Notes: generated by a model not told the origin, from the letters alone. A stretch of DNA of 60,979 nucleotides, filler included, from Diploschistes diacapsis (GCA_023645945.1; 9 parts of 9 records of this genome joined end to end with filler, not necessarily neighbours in it), one strand, 5' to 3'. Shown: positions 25,216 through 38,695, numbered from the whole stretch's first letter. Numbers and translations are program-made.

Positions 25216-25952
25216 GGCAGAAGTGCAAAACGGAGTTGCACTGTGTATGTTTCTTCAGGGTATCTAGCTTGGAGCTGTTCGGCAACTTTGTGCCAGTGGT
25301 CAACTACCACTCTCGGACAGAAGAGCCAACGGGGCTCTAGAATATTACAAAGAGAATGCCAGGAATCAAGGTCTTTAGAGAGATATAGCATGTTTGTGTA
25401 CTTGAACCTCTACAGCTTGTTGTGCTTATGTCCGGCCAAACGCCGAGCGCGCCATTGGATGCAGCCTGGCAGGATACTATTTCAGCTGTTGAAGTAGGAT
25501 ATTATCATGTGACATATCATCTGGTGCTGGGGAAGATCTCCCCGGAACCTTTCATCCAACAATTTAAGACAACTTTACACCCTACTGCCTATTGTATCAG
25601 AACGCTCCCTGGTACTATTGTCCCTACCTACTTACATTTCGTCAACAGGATCAAGCACTTGATGTTTCAGTACTGATTCTGGAGTGCATCTTCCTAACAT
25701 AATTGGGGGCATTACTTGCAGATTCCCGTAGAAGGAACACGTAGTGACATGACTTGGGCAAACTTCTTTGAATTAACCTACTAACCTAGACATCAAGTGC
25801 ACTCTGCTCGGGAGAGTTGCACCTAACAAGACTGATTCTAGAGACATTCCGAGTGTGACAACGCTGCTGTACAAGAACGAGTGAGCATTAGACCGTCATC
25901 AAGCTTGAGCCTCCAGGACAGCCAGGCTCATGCACTATCCCCAAGCTTTAAT

Positions 25953-27650
25953 CTAGTACTCGGCCTCGGCGCCCTCATCTCCCTCTGCAGAGTCCGTCGC
26001 CACCTCTTCGTAGTCACGTTCGAGGGCAGCAAGATCCTCACGAGCCTCGGAGAACTCTCCTTCTTCCATACCTTCGCCCACATACCAATGGACAAAGGCA
26101 CGCTTGGAGTACATAAGGTCAAATTTATGCGAGAGCGCAGACCATGCTTCTGCGATTGCCGTGGTGTTTGATAGAACGCAACTTATTTTGTTAGCTCCCC
26201 GTGCCAGATGTGAAGGGGGTAAAATTGGCGAGAGAACTTACAGGGCACGGTTGACCTTGGCCAGGTCACCATTGGGCACCATGTGAGGGGGCTGGTAGCA
26301 GATACCAATCTTGAATCCGGTGGGACACCAGTCTACAAACTGGATGGTGCGCTTAGCCTTCACGTTGGCAACAGCGCTGTGGACATCCTTGGTAACAACG
26401 TCGCCGCGGTACAGCAAGCAGGTGGCCATGTACTTGCCACTACGGGGGTCGCACTTGACCATCTGGTGAGAAGGCTCAAAGCACGAAGTAGTGATCTCAG
26501 TGACCGAGTTGGATTCGTAGGTTGATTTGGCCGCGGCAGTGATTGGTGCATACGCAACGAGAGGGAAATGAATACGAGGGTATGGGACGAGGTTGGTCTG
26601 AAACTCGTTCAAATCGACGTTTAGGGCACCGTCGAACCGGAGAGAGGCAGTGATCGAAGACACGACTGGCGAAACTCATTAGAAAAGGGGTTGAGAGCCT
26701 TCTGAAAAACACATACCTTGTGCAATTAGTCGGTTGAGGTTGTCGTAGCCCGGGCGTTCGATTCCTAGATTCTTGCGGCAAATGTCATAGGTAGCATCAT
26801 TGTCGACCATGAAGCTGCAATCTGAGTGCTCGAGAGTGGTGTGGGTGGTCAGAATAGAGTTATAGGGTTCAACGACAGAGGTGGCGTTCATGGGTGCTGG
26901 GTAAACGCAGAACTCGAGCTTGCACTTCTTGCCATAGTCAACCGACAGACGTTCCATCAGAAGAGCACCGAAACCGGAACCGGTTCCGCCACCGAAGGAG
27001 TGGAAGACAAGGAAACCTTGTAGTCCAGAGCACTTATCAGCCACTTGGCGAATCTTGTCCAGTACTTGGTCAATGAGCTCCTTGCCGACGGTGTAGTGCC
27101 CACGGGCATAGTTGTTGGAGGCATCCTCTTTGCCCGTGATCATCTGCTCGGGGTGGAACAGATTGCGATAGGTTCCAGTACGGACTTCATCGACAACGTT
27201 TGGTTCAAGATCGATATAGATAGTGCGAGGGATGTATTTGCCCTGGCCTATTGAGCCGAGTCAATTATGTTTTTGCGGAAAGTGTAAGATTCATAACTCA
27301 CCGGTTTCGGAGAAGAATGTGCTGAATCCCTCGTCCGGGTCTGCTGCTTTGCGTTCTTCGGTCAGATATCCGTCAGGCTAGAACAGTCTCAACCACTGCT
27401 TAGGTCAAATCAATCTGTGGTAAGCCTACCTGAATGCCATGCTCAAGGCAGTAGAGCTATTTGCCCCATATCAGCATGGAAAGAGCGTTCAAGGTAAAGG
27501 AGAAGCAAAGACACTCCTTGCTCACCTCCCAGCAGTTGTTTGCAATCTGGCAGCCAGCCTGGCCGACTGGGAGAAGACTGTAGTCAATATACAGTCGACG
27601 AAGGCGTTTCGGCGCGTAAACTTACCATTCAAGCTGATGATCTCCCTCAT
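25953..27650 (-). CDS. Alpha-tubulin (multi-intron)
   Basis: MREIISLN start, [47 protein letters not shown]-terminal EAEY*. Confidence 0.97.
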
Positions 27651-27946
27651 CTTGGCAGAGAGAAGCAAGAACCAGAGCCAGTCAAGGATAAGAAGCACGG
27701 AGCCTTCGGCACCGTGGATTGAATTGAATTCGAGAAGGTGTATGCTGCAAGGAAACAATGATGAGCTGTTGCCTTGGAGTAGGTAGAAAATATTGCTGTG
27801 GGATGGATGATATGGGCAGAACTGAACAACGCGTTCCCTGATCGGTTTAGTTTCGGGTTGCCGATGTTCACGCTGAGTGGCAGGCCAAGCCGCTAGAGAA
27901 AGCAAAAGATATAGCCAATCGGATCAGTACCCGAGGGGTGGTTGAC

Positions 27947-28038
27947 GAAACGGCACGAAACGGCACCGAAATCGGGATGTCACGGGATATCACGGGATAT
28001 CACGGGATGTCACGTGGTGTCTCGGGATGTCACGAGAT
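27947..28038 (+). repeat. 10-bp tandem array (CGGGATRTCA x6) preceded by GAAACGGCAC x2, in the divergent tubulin/PGA1 promoter
   Basis: Units at 27973, 27983, 27993, 28003, 28013 (degenerate) and 28023. Confidence 0.9.
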
Positions 28039-28086
28039 CAGGATATGCCGATATGTCTCCATGTAAGTAAAGTTTAAGACTCGAGG

Positions 28087-28912
28087 ATGAGGCACAATAT
28101 TCCCCTTACTTTTGCTGTCCTGTGTGGTCTGTCTAGTGTCCTTGCAAATGTCGAAAAGATAATTTTTGTAGCATCCAAGCAAGCTGATAGTGCAGCTCCC
28201 TCGGCCCTGGGGTCAAGTCCATTTATTGAGTCTTTATCTCATGTTATACCCAGCTTGAGGCGGCAAGTGCATGCAAGGTTTGCTCACTCACCTCCTCTAG
28301 ATGAGCCTTCCGAGGCTTGGTTCCTGCTCTCGGATCTCAATCCAGGTCAGAGATACGAGGTGCGGGTATGCTGGCCAGCTACAGTGAGTCGAGCCCATTG
28401 GGCTTTTCTAATTTGACGTATATGCTAAAAGCAAGGCTTAGCAACCTACTGCGTTCGATCTCTACATTCACGAACCATCGGCGGTCGCGCAGTCTACGAA
28501 TCTCTCCGAATCACTTGCCAAGTACTCCAATGCTCGCAGCCTTCTGCAAGCCAGGCGGCCAGGCACTCGGCCCGAGCAAGCAGTTATCAATGACAGCAAC
28601 CTCTTCATGCGGCTCTCTGCGAAGGCAGACTATTTCTCCAAGGATCCCACCTTGGCCAAGAATGGTCTTCTTGTAGACATAGATATAAGTGGGTTTCGTC
28701 TAGCCGATCACATAGGTAAAAGCTATTCTGACTGTCTTCGAGCAGTCCTGGATCCATACATCCTGAACGTTGTACCTCAATCTCTGGTCCCAACCGCTAC
28801 ATATATTATTTTGCTAGCAGTTTTCTCATGGTTTCTTTCGAACTGGACGTGGTCCTGGCTAAATAGTATTGCGGGGGAAGAGTCAGAGAGGAGCAAAGTG
28901 AAAAGAACTTGA
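28087..28912 (+). CDS. PGA1: GPI mannosyltransferase II co-activator (3 exons)
   Basis: Signal peptide + ANVEKIIF; LNPGQRYEVRVCWPAT-QPTAFDL; AKADYFS; LDPYILNVVPQSLVPTATYI plus a C-terminal transmembrane helix. Confidence 0.75.
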
Positions 28913-29544
28913 AGCCGAAAACTTTCAAACATCTCAGACTGTAGTGCGTCTTAGGGATTTCTCCGTTTCCAGACCCTCTGCTACATAATCACAAGGGCAG
29001 AGGTTCTTGCTTTAACAAGCTGCCCGAATCAAGCAGAGACCGTGGACGGGAATCGGACGGTACTCATCTAGGCAACGCAGCCTCATGATCTGCTTATCTC
29101 TTGGGGTTAGGATGTGAGTATGAAATGGTGTTTCCTGCTCTGTTAAGATGGCGGAACCGGTTGCGCCGTGGCTTGCGTGGTCAAGCAAAACCTGGACCTA
29201 AACTACTTTGTAGTTCTGACGGAAGGTCCTCGAGGGGGAGTTCTTGCCTGGCTAGAGCTTTGACAAAGTATCAAGGAAGCGGGACGGAGGGAAGGGCTTC
29301 CGCTTCAGCTGGCAAGTGCTGTTGCTGCGGTTGCTGCAAGTCCAAGCATAAAAAAGATTTTGTACTTCTTCCCACATTATCTTCCTTCATAAGTATCTTC
29401 ACTTTGTAACTCATCTCTATTGTCGTTGGCAGTTCACCATCCAGCACAAATCGTCTTTCCTCTAGCCTCCCCCTTTCGTCCTATGAGATCGGTTATAAGA
29501 CAATCGTAGGTTACGAAGGACAGAAAAACCCCTCTCGGGACACA

Positions 29545-30242
29545 ATGAACTCCATTCTTTGCCTATTCTCCACTTTGGCCGTCTTTCCCCTTGCAACCTC
29601 GATGGTTAGCCGTCTAGAGCCAAGCAAAGAATTCTACTTGAAGACTCACTCAATTTATACACCCCCAGGCTGCGTTGATTCTCATATCGAGTCTAAGGAC
29701 GGTCTCTACCTTACCTCCTACCATACCGGTGCCGGTCTCTCGGATATCACCTTCACCTCTGACAAGACCATTGCTGCCAAAGCCTTCCTCAACGGCACTG
29801 TACTCCAGTTCGACTACAATTCTACCTTTCCTTGGGGCATGTTCATGGTTGGAGCAACCAACTATGCTGGATGGGAGCCTGTACAGATGAATGCTGGTTA
29901 CGGGAGCAAAGGTTTATACTTCAACGATGCCGATGGGAGTGGCAAGTATGGGCTCAAGTGGAATCCGGCTTATCCGACTTCCACGCCACCAGCTTCAGCG
30001 CTGAGCGAGGCCATTGGATGGCTCGGTGAGTAAATCGCGCTGCAATCTTCCCTTTTCTAGCATACCAGGCCTAGTGTTCATCTGCGCTAATGTCTGCGAT
30101 TACAGCATGTGACTGGTACCATGGCGTCCCTCAGCTATTCTGGGCTGTTCGCAACGGGGTATTGGGCCAGAACGCGACCGTTATCGACACTTGCTCAGCT
30201 GTAGAGCTCATTAAGGAGCCTGTGAGTGCGTGCGACAGTTAG
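29545..30242 (+). CDS. Conserved secreted fungal protein (2 exons)
   Basis: Signal peptide; EFYLKT, YLTSYHTGAGLSD, WEPVQMNAG; after the intron, GWL-ACDWYHGVPQLFW...CSAVELIKE; stop at 30240. Confidence 0.8.
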
Positions 30243-31269
30243 GAACCAGGGTGCAGAAAGTTTGGCCCCAGTCAATCGAAACGTGGCAGCATACCATCAC
30301 CAGTGCAGCAGCCTTCCAATTCCTTTCTGTTCGAATGCTTCCAGGCCAGGGGGAGTTGGGCAAACGACACACATGGCAGACACGCTTTCGTGATCTCAGC
30401 ATCCTGCGCGGTGAAATTTTACTCTTGGGTCTTGCTTATCGTGTTCGGCATTGCCATTCCTTGCTTTCTGATACCCTGTCTAACGTCGAGGTATATCGCT
30501 GGCATTCGCTAGCACTACTTCACCGATCAAAAATACATTATTTGTAGTTGATGTGGTGCTTCGAGACTGCCAAACATGCTACTCGGGCTAACAAAGTACT
30601 ACATCGAAAATGCTGTTGGTAGAGTGAACTGGTTGCTCTAGCCCTCCTGTCTCCCCTCTCGGAAACCAAAAACTTGGCACAGACACTTGCAGGTTGAATT
30701 AACATGTCAGCCGTCCGGTGCAACACTCCCGGCAACCATGATCGTATCGCTATCCGCCTCTCCATTCGCGTTCCCAGGACCGTCCTCCTTGGCACCGCTT
30801 CCTCCCCTCTCGAGGTCCGGCAATTTCGTCTTTTCATCCACTCTGGTCCTTCCGGCCGCCATTGACCCCAACCCCCTCACCGCCATTGGTGACCCTCCCG
30901 GTTCTTCGCCTCCAAAAGCNNNNNNNNNNNNNNNNNNNNNNNNNNNNNNNNNNNNNNNNNNNNTTAATTAATTAANNNNNNNNNNNNNNNNNNNNNNNNN
31001 NNNNNNNNNNNNNNNNNNNAGGGTGGATTGAGCGGTCGGGTGCAGGGCGAGGAGGTAAGTGAGCCAGGTTAAGGCTGAGGAGGTTGTTACGTGGCTTGAG
31101 GGAGGTTAGGAAGGGGTTGGAAAAGGGAGAAAGAGTAGGAAGGGAAGGAATAGGAAGCTGGGGAGCAGGACGAAGGAAAGAGTGAGGGAAGAACAAAAGG
31201 GAGAGTGACGAAGAGTGGAGTAGGAAGAAGAAAGAAAAACGTAGAAGTAAAGGAATAAGAGAACGGCGC

Positions 31270-32345
31270 ACCCAGCGGCAAGGAAAGTGAGCATTTGATC
31301 GGCTAGCTCGGTGTCCTTGAAGTCGTTACTTTTGATGAGGAGGGTGAGAATATCCATCTTGTCGATGGCTCGGTCAGACTTGATCTCGTCTTGGCGCTCG
31401 TGGACTAGATCGAGGCAGTAGCTTCGGAGGCTACCCGTGATCCTGTCAAGCTCCAGCGTCTTTTTCCAGGGCAGAGCTCTAATAAACCATGGCGGGAATA
31501 CAAGATTCGAGGTAAAGTAGATGGCATTCGAACGGGTAGGCTCCAGCAAAGAATTGTAATTCTGCACTAGGATGTCGTTGGAGTTCTGCAGGGCTTTGAA
31601 GTCACGGCCCATGCCTGCAAGGCCAATAATGTCGACGGTTACCCTCGTGGCCCATTCGCCAAACCCGACGCTTCCGTCGGCTCCAACCTCACGGATCTCG
31701 GCCTCGAGACCTGCGAGGAGACGGCGGGCTTTAATCCCAAAAACCGGGTAGAGGTCTTTGATTTGCTTCGTCTGAAAGGCCGGTAGCAGTTGTTTGCGCG
31801 CTGGAAGCGGTGTTCGTCGCCCTCAACAAGGATAAGACCTACGCCCAAGATTCTTACAAGGAAGGTTCGGACTGGCGATGGCTTCTCATAATCGTATGCG
31901 TTGTCTCCAAGCACCGCTTTCAGGCTCTCCATGAATGTGACAAGAAGACGGTCAGCGTTGAAGAAGCCTCGAAAGTATAGGAGCCCGCCATTTGGAATCG
32001 TCGAGCTCCACTTCAGGAAGTCTGATCCAGGTGGTTTCCTGACGAACTCAGATAGTCCGTAACCCAACAATATATTGCCGGTCTAAAAACGATAAATGCA
32101 AGTCTCGAAAATTGGAAAGGAAGAGCACCTTGGGGTCTGGCAGCTTTCTCAATGAACTAAAGAAAAATGGGTATATCCAAAGGCGCCATATACCGAATAG
32201 TGCGACATTCAATAGGAAATAGCGAAGAAGTGAACGAGAGAATCTATTAGCAAGCTGCAGCTCAGGCGCAAGAACATTTACTGCAGTGGCTTCGAGAACA
32301 GCAGTCACGGATAGAAGAACAAGGACATCTGGGTAAGTTGGCCAT
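31270..32345 (-). pseudogene. Cytochrome P450, 5' part only; frameshifted and truncated at the contig end
   Basis: N-terminal TM + YPFFFSSLRKLPDP; GLILVEGDEHRFQR; WATRVTVDIIGLAGMG; I-helix DQMLTFLAAG. Frameshift near 31797 and an apparent extra base just after the ATG. Confidence 0.75.
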
Positions 32346-33025
32346 GCGAGCTGGGTGGTATGTTGAGACTGCACTTCGATGCCTAATCTATACATCCATT
32401 TTAGGAAATTCCAAGGGCTCCCTCTCCCTCTCTCTCTCGGGGTGGGGAAGCCTCGGTCTATGAGGCAAGAACATCGCACATGCTCGTCTCGGACCCATCC
32501 TTGCACGGCGTGTCAATGAACTAGTTAGAACAGTCTAGAAATTGCAACGGCTGATATGCGTCATCTTCTTGGGCTTTCGGGAAGCCCTGATTTGACACAC
32601 TATACTTCTGTGTAGCCTCAATCTATTCTCAAGCGTGAAGGTCTCGAACAGGGGCAGTCCAATTATCCACGGAGAATGCAAGCATTGCCCTAGACTTTCA
32701 TATGCGACAATGCATAACTTGCCATACTATTTAGATTTCGAAATTCTCTTTCCGTTGGTTACTTGGGTGAATGAATGAATATGAATATCAGAGAGCTCTC
32801 GGCCCGGTCCAGCTTTTTGCCAAAACGGGTGAAGCTCGGCCCGAGAAGCGTTAATAGCTGGCCTGTCACAATGAGCTTCTCTTCTAACTCTTGACAAGCC
32901 CGTTAGGTCAGCAAACGATGTTCGACTATTCCAGAAGTTCCGCAAAAGAGGAGCCAAATCAGCGAAAGCTAATAGAGCTTCCAAACAGGTAATGCGCAGA
33001 TGCAACGTCGTCAAGACCCGCAGCA

Positions 33026-34190
33026 ATGGCTTCAAAAGAGCCTACCCAAGCGAAGGAGCAGAAGCAGAAGCAGAAACAAAAGGTACTGCTAATGGGAAAG
33101 AGTGGAGCTGGAAAGTCGTCAATGCGGAATATTATCTTCAGTAATTATGTCGCCAAAGATGTCCGGCGATTGGGCGCTACCATCGACGTCGAAACAAGCC
33201 GCGTGAAGTTCCTCGGGCATCTCGACCTGAATCTTTGGGATTGTGGCGGGTAAGTGGTTCGATGGTGAGTTACACACTGTTCTGACAGGCCGACAGGCAA
33301 GATGCTTTCACGGAGAACTATCTCACTACGCAGCGGGAATTCGTTTTCACTGATGTTGGCGTGCTGATCTACGTTTTCGAAGTCGAGTCGAGAGAAGTCG
33401 AACGGGACCTCCTAATCTACGAATCGGTTATACAGGCACTAGAGGAGCTCTCGCCCAACGCACGAGTCTTTTGTCTCATCCACAAGATGGACCTCGTGCG
33501 CACTGAATACCGGGAGACCCTCTATTTGCAAAGAGACGAGGCGATCAGGGAACACTCTGCAAAATTCTCAAAGGACATGTCTTCGTACCCTACGACAATA
33601 TGGGACCAGTCGCTATACGGAGCTTGGGGAAATATTGTGCATAGTCTGATTCCGAACCTTAACGTCATTGAGAACTATCTGCAACATCTGGCGGAGGCGA
33701 TTGAAGCAGAAGAGGTCATTCTGTTCGAGCGCATCACCTTTCTGGCCGTCATGTCCGTAACCACGGAGGTCGGCAAGCAGAACCCGTATGTCGACCGGTT
33801 TGAGAGGCTCTCCAACATCATCAAGACCTTCAAGCATTCACTCGCGTAAGGTCCCTTCGCGACGGGCTTAAGTCATGATACTTACTAGGTGGCAGGAAAT
33901 TTACGGACCCCGAATTTCAATCGCATCAGTTTACGTTTGGCGAGTTCTTCATCAAAACTCCGCGTTTCAATCTGATCCTGGCCCGACTGTCGAACAATAC
34001 CTTTGTCCTCGCCGTGCTTCCTCCGGGAGAAGCGGAGCTCAACTGCGCGCGCATCAACATCGCCAATGCTCGTGATGAGTTCTTCGGGTTGGATCCGCCA
34101 AAGCATCGCTCTGGAAGGATTTTGAGACCGGGCGATCAATTTGGTACTTTAGCCCCCAAGGCCTCCGCGAACGGAACCATAATTGCTTAG
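33026..34190 (+). CDS. GTR1: Rag A/B small GTPase; exons 33026-33249, 33297-33845, 33896-34190
   Basis: [60 protein letters not shown]. Confidence 0.96.
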
Positions 34191-34713
34191 AGCACTGTGC
34201 ATCTTCGCCTACGGCGAACATTTGATCGATGTGTATCGAAGAGCAACGACTTAATGAGCGCAATGACCGGCGGACCTTTTTGTGATACTCCGGCTTCTTC
34301 CTGTAATTGACTCTTCCAGATCTCATCAGTAGTGGTTCTTGAAAGTAGCGCAGAATATGGAGACTTATGATTCCGCACTCACGAAAAGTATCGTCTTTCT
34401 CTTGAGGTTCTACAGCTAAACTTTGTCGGTAACCGCACGGGCCATGCACGGCAGTGGGTCAGCTCTTGCACCCACGACATGACATCGAACAGAACAGAAC
34501 ATCAACATCATCGTAGATCTCTTCAGTAATGTCATTCCTGTTAGCCTCGTTGTGAATAAGCTTGATTGCCTTAAGTTGCGCCTAAACACAGTTGGAAAAC
34601 CAGTATGCTATCAATGAAGTACTGTTTGTACCTCAAAATAGCCGTTTCTTAAGAGACATCCTTATATCAAGACTGACAATCATTCCGAGTCAATTTGTAT
34701 CGACACCGTCACC

Positions 34714-35223
34714 ATGTTCCCCTCAGCGCAGGGTCTCCGTATGGATGTCGAGGCCATCAGCGGCATCATGGGGTTAGCCTGTTCCTCCCTCTATATCCCA
34801 TTTGCTCCCGTTAAAAAGACTAAGCCGCCACCAGTTCGATATCCATAGCCTGCTGGCTCGTCGTCTTCTCTCCCCAGATTATCGAAAACTTCCGGCGCTC
34901 CAGCACCGAAGGCCTCTCCATCTTTTTCGTCATGATCTGGCTGACCGGCGACGTCTTCAATGTCCTCGGCGCCGTCTTCCAAGGCGTCCTCCCCACTATG
35001 ATCATCCTGGCCGTCTACTACGCGTTTGCCGACACGGTCCTCCTCTCCCAGTGCTTCTACTACCGCGGCTTTTCCTTCTCCGACAAACTCACGCGCTCCT
35101 CCTCCACCTCCCCAGATATGCTAACGAAACCCACCACCGACGACGAAGCCACTGAAACCTCCTCCCTGCTCACCCGCCGCCACTCAGACCACATCCCCGA
35201 GCAAAGCCCCACGCGCCTCGCCC
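34714..35223 (+). CDS. PQ-loop vacuolar cationic amino-acid transporter (YPQ/PQLC2-like), 3' end truncated by the spacer
   Basis: EAISGIMG-SISIACWLVVFSPQIIENFRRSSTEGLSIFFVMIWLTGDVFNVLGAVFQGVLPTMIILAVYY. Confidence 0.9.
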
Positions 35224-35323
35224 NNNNNNNNNNNNNNNNNNNNNNNNNNNNNNNNNNNNNNNNNNNNTTAATTAATTAANNNNNNNNNNNNNNNNNNNNN
35301 NNNNNNNNNNNNNNNNNNNNNNN

Positions 35324-35550
35324 ACCCTATTAGGCACTACCCCCGCTGTTACAATAATTAAGAATAGATTTAACTTCGTATAAATAATTTAATATATGAT
35401 TATAAAGCTTTATACGGAATAAACTTATCTTAAAAGCTCGCTTAAAATTTAAAAATTAAATTAAATATAGAAGCGCTCGATCTAACGTAATTATATTATA
35501 ATGTAGTGTTCCGCTTGGTGGTGTGTTCCATTGCGTGGTGAAACACGTTA
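35324..35550 (+). mobile_element. End of a RIP-mutated Fot1/pogo-type DNA transposon
   Basis: AT-rich tract ending in a TIR-like sequence with an internal direct repeat (GTGTTCCGCTTGGTG / GTGTTCCATTGCGTGGTG). It terminates ...ACGT + TA, the usual Fot1/pogo terminus. Confidence 0.6.
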
Positions 35551-38500
35551 CCCATCATGATGACCTCTTATACAACTTTCGTAGAGATCTCTTTTCAATG
35601 CTCCCTACAATATCTTATGTATCTCTTAATTCGTTTCCCTGCCACTAATACCATCACATCGCTGACCTTATCTCCCTTGCTTATCATCTGTTCGTTTTTA
35701 TGCCTCAATGCGTGTGTCAATCCTGCACTTGGCGAGTCTGGCGCTCGAAAATATTGACGGTGCAGAATACATCCCTGAATCTATTCAACTAAACTGGTCC
35801 GAGTATACTCGTTGCAGTCTATTTCACTGTGTCATATATGATATTTCGCTTCTATGGTAGAAGAAGAGTCTACTGAACCGTGCTTCTACTATGGACATGA
35901 ATCGAGATTTTTGGTAAGCTTGTTCTGTATGCACTAGGGTTGTATATCTGCCCGGGTAAGATGGATGAGGTCCTCACAGATGATCGGGAGATACTGAGAT
36001 TGCGTCGGAACAGAGCTCAGATCACACGTACTTCACTAGCACCAATTCATATGACTGGAGTCGTCGAGGTATACTTGCTTGCAAGCCTAGCGCAGTCCGA
36101 AACAAGATGCTGCAATGACAAATGCAGAGTGTGGGCCAATATCGAAATCAGCGCGCCTTCCAAAGAGCCAGGAGAATTGCGTACCATAGAGAAGGCAAGT
36201 GTCAAGCATATACAAACTTTCGGTATTTGTGTAGCGGCGAGAACCTCCCCTGCATATGCCCTAAACCAGGAAATCCTGATGCCAGTCGCCTTATGAAAGG
36301 CGAGCCACTAGAGGAATAGCAAGAGGTTGGTTGCTTAGACGCCTGGAGATAAAGCAAAAGTGGAGAAGTTGGAAGAGCTCACTATTTGATGGCCTGCTAG
36401 TACAACCAGACAGGAAAGACTGAAAGAAAACTGAAAATAGCCGAGGGTTTACTTGTGCAACTGAAGGCCTTGACGATCAATGGTTAGGATAAGATAGGTA
36501 CAAGGTAAGCTTAGTTAAGCATTCCAAGAGAGCGACGCTTGTAGCAAGCGAAGGTTATCATCTTGAAGATGCTTTTTGAAGCAGCTTTAATGATCGGCGA
36601 ATGCTACGCCATAAAAACCTCTTCTTCTCTGTCCTCGACTTCAGCATGTCTTTTATCCACGCTTTTTCCTTACTCTGAATTGCCTCCCAATCGTGCTGAA
36701 GTAGAACTGGCATGCAGTATCACGGATTGGCTGGTCGAGGTGGGCAACTTGGATCTACCCTTGATCAGTACATGCTTTTGATTTAAAGAACGTTCAGAGC
36801 AACACTCTGCTCGTAAGGAAGCAGCCTGTTTGCTACATATCGTGTTCCTTACATTAACTTGGCAACCGTATATGCCATTCAAAATGACAAATTCCTGGCA
36901 AATCTCAAGTGAATGTCTTGAGGAACTTTTATTTATCTCTCAAAGCAATGACCATTTTTCTACTGACATTAGTAACGAGCTTGTTGAGCTGTAAGACTTG
37001 GAAAGCAACATCGGTGCTAAATCAATAGTCACTGCCGATACAGGGGCCGCAAACCGCTTCATTGAATGCTACACTGAAACGAAAACCCGAAAGCTGACAT
37101 TCGGAATGCGGTATCATCACAACACATTGCGTGCTGGTGCAGGCAGCAACTAGCGCGCCAGGGTCATAGTCTGAGGTACTGAGGCAATACCAACCGGGAT
37201 CGAGCTCATCGTCTGACTTCTTTACCCGACTTAGATGTATATGATCTTTCTGGAGGCCGGTCTCGACCATGGCGGCATACTCTAGCGCACCCGATAAGTT
37301 ATCCCCGCCAAGAATAGTGTACCATGCCTATCACAGCCAAAACGGCGCGAAAATTGATTCATTCTGTGGGCTTCTAGAATCTGCAAAAGCACATAGTTGG
37401 TAGGTGTTGATGGCCCTAATGGTAGGATTTCCATGGCTGTGCTGATCACGTAATCAAGAATCCTTGTACGCTATGCTAATTTTGGAATTCTGCCCTAAGC
37501 CATACAGCTCCTCTCCAAGAAGGAACACGCAGCATACATCAAGTGTTCCGGCCAGGATGGTTAGATGCTCTCAAAAAAACAGAGTCGATATCTTATTCTC
37601 TGAGTTCGAGAGCGAATCCCAAATCGAGTATCGTCTATCGTAGCTGATGCGACTTTTGCAGCCTTATCTCAGGCTGAAGCATGTTGTCGAATCGTGATAT
37701 GCAGTACGACGAACCCCTCGCAAGCCTCCTTAGCTTCGAATCTAAACCCTTATGCAAAGGCCAGCAAACTTGATTGGTTTCGAAAGCAACGGTATATCCC
37801 ATTAGGTGATACCACATCCCTTTGTGAATACCCTCCACCTTCTACGCTGCACGTTTGGAAAGAATTTCAAGGTCATGCAATGCGCATTTCTTTGCATTGT
37901 TAGTGTATCGGGATTTTTTGAACGCTATGCCTTCCTTACGATCTCAGCTACCTTGGGCCAAAAACTGTGCATGGATCATTGCGGCCCAGACACCTGATTT
38001 GTTGTACACAATGTTGATATATCAGCCAGTTCAGACCTGGTATGGAATAAATGACAGTCATGCGGCCATACGGCGAGGAGGAAATGTGCTTAGACGTGGC
38101 ACTTTGTGTTTTGATCCTTAACCTGCGTCTGATATGGGCAAGGGACTCGTTTCTTCTCGTGCACGACATGCTGCAATCGGCCGATCCCACGGACCCCATG
38201 CCCTAGAATTCACAGGAATAGACGGTTTCGGTACTCAGAGCTCAACATCGAACTGCATCGCCTGCTCGCCCCTTTGCCCACGTCGCACCGAAACGATTCT
38301 ATATGGCGAAACGAGCTTGAAGACCTTGAAGGCCGGCGCTGTGGCTCTCATGACGTGGAGTACTGTTACATATCCAGAGAACCGGGCTGCAACATCCTGC
38401 TTAGACAACAGGGACAAGCAGCACAGCATCGTTTCATCGACATTCTTGCCGTCTTCTAAATCAAGTCAAGTGGCAACAGAAGCTCGATAATCCCTTGAGA

Positions 38501-38695
38501 GTGTGCCCAGTCTCGATCTGTACAAAGGAGAGCTGGTGCACTCCACAACGGGACAGACATTCAAACCAAAGGCTCTGGAAAGCATTCGATCAGCCATATC
38601 TAGTTTCACTCTCCTTCTCCATACTTATCTCTTACCGTTCCATATCCCACACCTTTATCCGTTATCCCTCAGTTACACTCCCCCATCCCCCGAAA

